The translations under genes and the position numbers were made by a program. Positions 57,601 through 64,000 of a stretch of DNA of 64,000 nt are shown here, piece after piece. Origin of the DNA: Klebsormidium nitens (Eukaryota > Plantae > Klebsormidiophyceae); NCBI GenBank assembly GCA_000708835.1, contig DF237248.1, forward strand, positions 1 to 64,000. Direction: 5' to 3'. How positions within the stretch are numbered: position 1 is the first letter of the stretch; every line of letters starts with the position of its first letter. Under the pieces are notes generated by a model. The model saw only the letters and a list, made by a program, of their open reading frames with translations. It searched no databases and was not told the DNA's origin.

Positions 57601-59218
57601 CGACAATAGAACGCTTCTAGACACCCGGTCCGTAAGCTGAAGTCGTTGACAACCCAAAAAAGAAACACTGTTCACTCGGATACTCCGTAAAAATAGTCCG
57701 TAAAAATTCTCTCAGCTTGAAGCTATTAGAGCGGGCATAGCAAACGGACGTAGAGTCGGACTACGAAGTCAATCGACCCGCGAATATCGCAATCCTATTT
57801 CACGGTCAGCGTGCCAGACGTTGACGAACAGACCTGTAATTTCAAAAGAACGAGTTTCCGGCTGGAGTAAGTGCCGATCAACATGTTGACCGCTAACCAA
57901 CTCACAAACCGCAGTAAACTTCTAGATAATAAGTTCTTTTCACCCCCGTACAGGGCCACGGCTGGTTCACGCAAAGCATGATGACAACCCTGCGCAAGCA
58001 CGGGTACCGCGTCGCGCTGGGGTCGCTCTTCCCACATGACCCCTTCTTCGTAGACCAAGGGCCGCTCATTGCGAAGTACCTTTTAGCCCGGGTGAGCTTT
58101 TTCTAGGATTCCCGAGAAGCTTTACCGCGCTTTTACAGAACGCATGGCAGATGACAGGGGGTCCCGAAGTGGGAAGCATCTCTGAACCCGGGTGAGCCGT
58201 CCCCGCTTTGCCGAGACATTTCCGCGCCTTTCCAGGACACGTGGCAAAGAGGCACCGTTTGGAGAGACTAAAGAGACCGCGCCACGGGAATTGAGGTCCA
58301 CCGGAGGTGTTCACGGACGGTTTCGCCGTCACTTTCGCCGTCAGAGCAGCTCGCTGGTTTCGCCGGCTGTGCACCTTTGAGACCAATTTGCAGAAGGCGC
58401 CTAAAGGCCAGCAGTTGACCGGTCGGCGCTGTTTGTAGAGCACGTCATACTGTCCGCGAAGTCCTGAATGAGCTTCTAGATGAGCTTTTGAGACATCAGT
58501 CGACCGGGGTCGCGCTGCGTTGCTAACCTCAGGACAAATCTGCGGTAATCTTTGAAAGGTCCTGCCCCCCTTGCGTCCACTGAGCAAGCCAAACACCGCT
58601 CCCGAGCAGCTAGAAGTTGATTGTAGAAGGCTGGTCTATCAAAACCAAATTAGGGGACGCATTCTCGATCGTACCACAATTGAAGGTGCCGTCTGACCAT
58701 CCCTCGCAGGTGTACCCGGGCGCTGTCATTATTCTCCATGATGGAAAGCCAAGCCGTCGACAGCTGATAGACGTGAGTCTTCGCTTGATTCTCAAGACGG
58801 GTCCCTTGCTTTTCGATGCCCTTCGTCACTATCTACTGAAATCTACGAAGGCCGTTCCTCTGACTTGTTCAATCTGCAGAGCCTGCATCTCTCGCTTTCT
58901 CGACGGATGCGCTGACGTCGGCTCGAGGCAGCAAAGATCTGTTAAGCCCTCGCCGGAATACGGTCGCTGGCTTTTTCTCCGCACTTGTCAGGCGTTGCTG
59001 TTGGTATTAGAAAGTCGACAATCTCTTCCGTCGTGTAAACTATGTGGGCGCTCACCGTTACGATCAATGCTTCCTGCCACGTCGTGCAGGCTTTGAAGAT
59101 TTTGCTACCCGAACTCAAACGCCGTGGCTATAAAGTAGTGACTCTTTCGAGCTTAGTCGGAGAGAAGCCTAAGGCAGGCAGTGCTTCCAATGCTGGTCGT
59201 CCTTCCAAAATCCAATGA
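54656..59218 (+). CDS. Carbohydrate esterase family 4 (NodB-homology) polysaccharide deacetylase with N-terminal hydrophobic anchor, 9 exons
   Basis: VALTIDDSP (motif 1), KATFFIIG, GHELGNHT (motif 2), WFRP|GHG (motif 3), FPHD (motif 4), IILHDG (motif 5), GYKVVTLS; GT-AG exons keep frame. Confidence 0.92.
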
Positions 59219-60228
59219 TGGAGCGGACCTCATGGACCAGTCGGTCTTTGCGTCCGGATGCAGCGGCCGCTAAAAGGCGGAACATTAGCAAGCTCATCTT
59301 GGCCGCAAGTCTTTACCTGCATATGACCGGGTTCGCTTTGTCAATCTGGTGCATGAGGTTGCTGCGCGGCGGGACTGGTTGGTGAAGAATGATGATTGGC
59401 TAGGGTCCTCGAGAAGGCTGCGCTTCGGCAACATGTGTGCATGTAAGGCATTGTGCGCATCATCACTCTTGGATCAATCAAGTGCTTCACTGATCTGGTC
59501 AAGATATCTTCTGTCGAATGCGTGTCCCAGTTTGTGATCTATTCAATGACTGCAAATGATGGGGACGGTTACATGTATATATAAATATTGATTGTGGTCA
59601 TGCACATTAGTGCATTGGCGCTCGCGCGTTTACTTCAGTCCGTTCAGGCACACGGACTCGCGGCTGCACCACTACAGCTGCATGACACTCAGTGTGATGC
59701 AGCCAGGCCAGCACATCATGGATGCGCGGAGTTCCGATAGGACATGGACGTACAAAGTACCGCCAGATCGATTAGCTGAATATTATTGAATGAGGAAGAA
59801 TTCTGTGGCTTCTACCATCATCAAGCGATGATTGTCATCATGCGTTTACGCATGCTTTCCATGTACAGACTCACCGCTAGAGCTTCCAATGCATGCGACA
59901 TGTATCATGTTCGACAGTTGGCAACGTACGTTGCACAATCCACATAATTAGTCCCGATTGTGTCCTTACGTATTTGGTTCGATAATTGCAAGATTTTTCA
60001 TCTCGTCCATCAGGGAGTCTGGGCTCTCGCAGTCTTCTACATCAACGTACTGCAGTATGCTGTACTTCTACTATGACAGAAGTCTTGGATCACAGGGCAC
60101 GGCAGCAAAATCAAAAAGCCACAATGGCAATTGCCTTTGATCAGATAATACAATAGCTAAGCAACGCGCGCACAAGAAGTTGTTGCCAAATTGCTGCGGA
60201 CCAGGTCAAATCCTAACCACCCGTCAGC

Positions 60229-63200
60229 TTAACCCAGGTGCTCGAGCAGAAACTCTGCCGCATTCCCGACCGCCTTGTCGATCACAGCCGGGTCCTCGTA
60301 GAACTGGAAATGGTTAACGCCGTCTTCCTTGACCAACTTCTTCTTCTCGCTCGCGATCGTCTCGAAGTGCTTGTAAGCTGACGGCGGCCCGTCCGAGAAC
60401 TCGCCGTGGATCATGATGGTCGGGACCTTCAACTGGGCGGCGCCAGCGTTGAGCGACTCGAACTCCATGTACCTGAAACGGTCCACAGAACGTCCGGTTT
60501 AGAACCAAAAGGTCCTCTTCCCCAAGCTCGATGAAGGTCTGAACGGGCTCAGAATGCTCCGGGAATCCAGACAGCTGCTACCAGTAACGAGCGTTAAAGC
60601 TGTTTACTTTACGCCCAGCTCGCAGAATTGGCAGGGATAAGCTAACCACGCCGTTGGATCAGGTGGGTTGGCTTCCTGCGGCCTGCCCAGTTCAAAGGTC
60701 GGCAAAGTTGACCCTCACCCACGGTCAACTCTGGCAGGTTCGGCAAACGCATATGAGGTAGCACCCAAGAAACAAACGATCCGAATGTCAAGGCACGAAG
60801 AAGTATTAAGCCAAACCGTTTTTCAATCGAACCCAGAACGAACTGTCAACACTCGGAGAGTCTGTTGCCAAAGCATGGCCACGCGATTGTGAAACCTCTG
60901 AGATGACGCAGTACGAGCGCGGACCTGACGGAGCTCATGAGCGCCAAGCCACATCGTCGATTCTGAAGCTAGAAAGGCTGAACGACAAATCAAACAAGAG
61001 CATGTTTTCGACCCATTTCCAAAGAGCTGTATGGCATGACGTAGTGTGAGCGCTAACGTAGTGTGAGCGCCACCCTGTTCTGCCAGATTTGCCTATCAAT
61101 ATTCATTACATTCTCGTTTGGTCAATACACTTTTTTTCCGAGGAAGCTAAAAGGCAAAGAACTTCAAGGGCTTTATGTCGAGACGTTTCAGAGCATTGGA
61201 AGAGCTTTAATTTCACGTAGAGGGAGCGCTGACCTGACGTACCTATTTTTTCGAAGAAGCAATATTTGATAAATTCCAAGGCCATTATGTCGAGACGTTT
61301 CAGAGGGTTTGGAACAACTACAGCTTCACGGCGAGCGAGCGCTGACCTGACGTAGCTCATGAGCGCCACCCGGTTCTCCCAGATGCCGCGATCGGCCCAG
61401 CCATGGTACCAATCCCAGATGGGCTTCCAGGGGAGGCCCACGTCCTTGCGGAGGGGATCAACGATCGGAATGTACTCAACCTGGAGCAAAGCACGAGGAC
61501 CGTTTGATTTGGATACGGCAAAGGGGCATGAGAGAGTCGGCAGAAATTAGGGATCACTGTATCGACCGGTCTGACGAATGCAAGCAAGCAACCGGCAGCT
61601 CGACAATTTCCAACTTCCGTATCATCTTTCTTTCCCCGGACGGCTGAGAGAACCTTCTCCAATTCGTGCGTCTTAGGTCCCCCTTCTTTCGAAGTTGTGT
61701 GTGGAGATCTGGTGGAGAGTTCGACTTCAAAATAGCTGCTGAAAGGTTCAGCCTGTTACCCATTCTGTACTGAACGAGATTGATCAGAAAGCGTTTGATG
61801 GTTTGCAGTGGACCCCGGAGTCTGCAAGTCCGCCAGATCTCCATATGAAGAGCGAAGAGCCCATCCAACCCCCTGCGGGAATAGGTACTGCGTCCAGATG
61901 CTACAATCCAGAGCTGATGAAACTTCACTGTAATGAAAGGACGACTTCACATGGTAATACAGAGTCGTCTTCAATCTCTTATCACCCAACCTGGAGACCG
62001 TTCTAGTTGCAACTCAAAGGTCATGTTGATCTGAGCTTCCGACCCTGACGACCTTCGATCCGACCACAAACGATATCGTTTGCTTTCAACTCCTCTGTCG
62101 AATCCAAGGTCGGTTAAGTTTGAAGCTCAACCACTCATCTCCCCCGACGCTTGATACTTCTTTAGGGCGGCATGTGCATTCCAGCAGAGTTCAAGGAAAC
62201 TCTGAGCTTCACTCTCAAATCCAACAATTCCAGACCAGATCGCTGGTCTTTCTTCAGAAGTGCTTCGACATCTCGTTTGGATCTGGAGATTTGCCACGCC
62301 AAAATCTCAAGCCACCCACCTCCCCAGTCGCCTCATACTTCTCCAGGAGGGCGGCCTTTCCTGTTCTAAGCGAAGTCTCAAACCCGACACCCTCAAGTCC
62401 AAATCGCTGCTCTGTCTTCAAATCGCTTCATATAACACATTCTTTGCATCTGAAACTCGTTCAGTCGAGAAACTCGAGCCACTCACCTCCCCAGTCGCCT
62501 GGTACTTCTCCAGGGCAGCCTTCGCCTTCTCACTCCGCTGCTGCAGCCGCGCCTCCGCTTCCTCCACCTTGATCTCCCCCCCCAGGAGCTCCAGCCCTCC
62601 GATAAGCGCCACGTCGTTATCATGCTCGCGATAATGGCCACTGACCACAGCCGCCGCTTTGATGTTCGGATTAGAGGCAGCCGCAACCATGACCTCCGAA
62701 GCGCCCTCGCAGACCCCAAGCGCCGCAATCTTGTCTGCGAAGCGAGGATTACAGTTATGAGTGCTGGGGTGATCAGCGTTCTAGAGTAACGAAGCGTTCT
62801 AGGCAATTGCGATTGGGCCGCCGCAAGCCCCGCGTTTCAGAGTTGAGATTCCTAGGATTGCCGCCGCAAGCCCCGCATTTCAGAGTTGAGATTCCTAGGA
62901 TTGCAAATTTCACCCTTTCTCTGAACTACTAGCCGGGATTAAAGTGGTTATCTGGGTTGTTTCAAGTCCTTGCTTTGAATCTCAACAACCTCAGCAATTC
63001 AGTGAGTGACTTGGATGTGCTCCATTCCTCAACCCAACAATCGTTTGGACCCTATGCAACCCAAGTTCACACTCACATTGATCCTGCAAAGCTGAGTCCA
63101 GTCGAAATCAAAGTCCTGTCAAAGTCAAAGTCCTTCACCCCCTGGAAACTTCGAAGCTCACCTGCGTCAACCTCGGGCCGGCTCTTCAGGAACTCAATCG

Positions 63201-63498
63201 CACTGCCCAAATCCACCACCTTGTTCTGCGGCTCCTCCAATCTCCGCGGTTCTCCCTTACTCGCCCCATGCGTCCGGCAGTCAAACGCCAGAGCCACAAA
63301 CCCCTCATCAGCGAGCCTGGTTGCGTACTGAACCGGTGCCTGTTCTTTGACATAACAGAAGGGCCCCAGGATCGCAACAGCTGGCGCTTTGCTGACGTCA
63401 CCCCCCTGAGGAAGGTACAGATTGCCCACCAGTTCCACGCCCTCGCTCTGGAAGGTCACGGGCTCGACGGTGTAGCGGCCGTGCCGCGGGGGCGCCAT
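60229..63498 (-). CDS. Alpha/beta hydrolase (COG1073/YcjY-like, dienelactone-hydrolase-type Cys nucleophile), 4 exons
   Basis: VTFQSEGVELVGNLYLP; VKEQAPVQYATRLADEGFVALAFD...HGASKGEPR; nucleophile elbow GVCEGA (62703-62717); PTIMIHGEFSD; VNHFQFYE. Confidence 0.9.
60905..61372 (-). repeat. Degenerate echoes of an exon end and donor site in a hydrolase intron
   Basis: True junction GGCGCTCATGAGCTACGTCAG|GTCAGCGCTC at about 61335-61372; echoes at about 60912-60945, 61036-61072 and 61225-61245; TATGTCGAGACGTTTCAGAG occurs twice (about 61174 and 61286). Confidence 0.7.
62315..62525 (-). repeat. Intronic copy of a hydrolase exon 3' end and donor
   Basis: CACCTCCCCAGTCGCCT(GG/CA)TACTTCTCCAGG at about 62484-62514 (real exon end) and about 62318-62348. 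Confidence 0.8.
62817..62902. repeat. 2 x 43-bp tandem duplication in intron
   Basis: GCCGCCGCAAGCCCCGC(G/A)TTTCAGAGTTGAGATTCCTAGGATT twice, 1 mismatch. Confidence 0.95.
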
Positions 63499-64000
63499 CT
63501 TTGGGGGGCGCTGCAGAGAAATCTGATGCTTTTGTATTTTACAGATAGCCAATCGTGGTTGAGTTCTGGAGAAGTGCGCACGCAGCCCAGATGGGATTGC
63601 CCTGAACTCTTAGTGGGGCTTTGTAGATTCGAGATCTGGAAAGAAAAGGCAGGAGGCAAACGACATGTGGGTGCCTTAGTTTTGGCACTACCCAGACACT
63701 CGTCTCACCCTTCCAATGCCTTCAATTTGAAAATGCCCAGACACTCTTTACCCTTCGAGTGGCCTAAAGTCTGAACTGCCCACCGCTCACCACACCTTCA
63801 ACCACAGCCAATAGAAAACTCCTACTGTGGCAAAAAGCAGTAATACATACAGAGCTCCAAGGCATACTCACGGGGATCCCTCACTTAAAGGGCCAGCTGC
63901 CGAGGGGGCTGAAAAAAGTTTTCGGTCTGGCATTTGAAGGGACAAAGTGGTTTCCAGATCAGTACAAGTTGCAGCCTGGTCTTTTTCTGAGCTTTGAGTG

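Overview
Eukaryotic, intron-rich nuclear DNA (roughly 50% GC, GT-AG introns, one 584-N gap). The ORF track is mostly noise because genes are split into short exons; I rebuilt them by hand from splice sites. The plant-type proteins and composition suggest a streptophyte green alga such as Klebsormidium (inference, not confirmed). Left to right: two tandem EDR2-family genes on the minus strand (a DUF1336-only copy, then a START+DUF1336 copy with a canonical FFAT motif and possibly a PH domain), a cytochrome b561 gene (+), the meiotic helicase MER3 (-) head-to-head with meiotic MSH4 (+), mitochondrial-type NAD-malic enzyme (-), a CE4/NodB polysaccharide deacetylase (+) and a bacterial-type Cys-nucleophile alpha/beta hydrolase (-). 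The main lead is the divergent MER3-MSH4 pair: two apparently intact ZMM crossover genes 1.5 kb apart around a CpG-dense hairpin-rich element. Other leads: CpG-poor islands at gene 5' ends, and degenerate copies of splice junctions inside neighbouring introns. No rRNA, tRNA, CRISPR array or intact transposase was seen.
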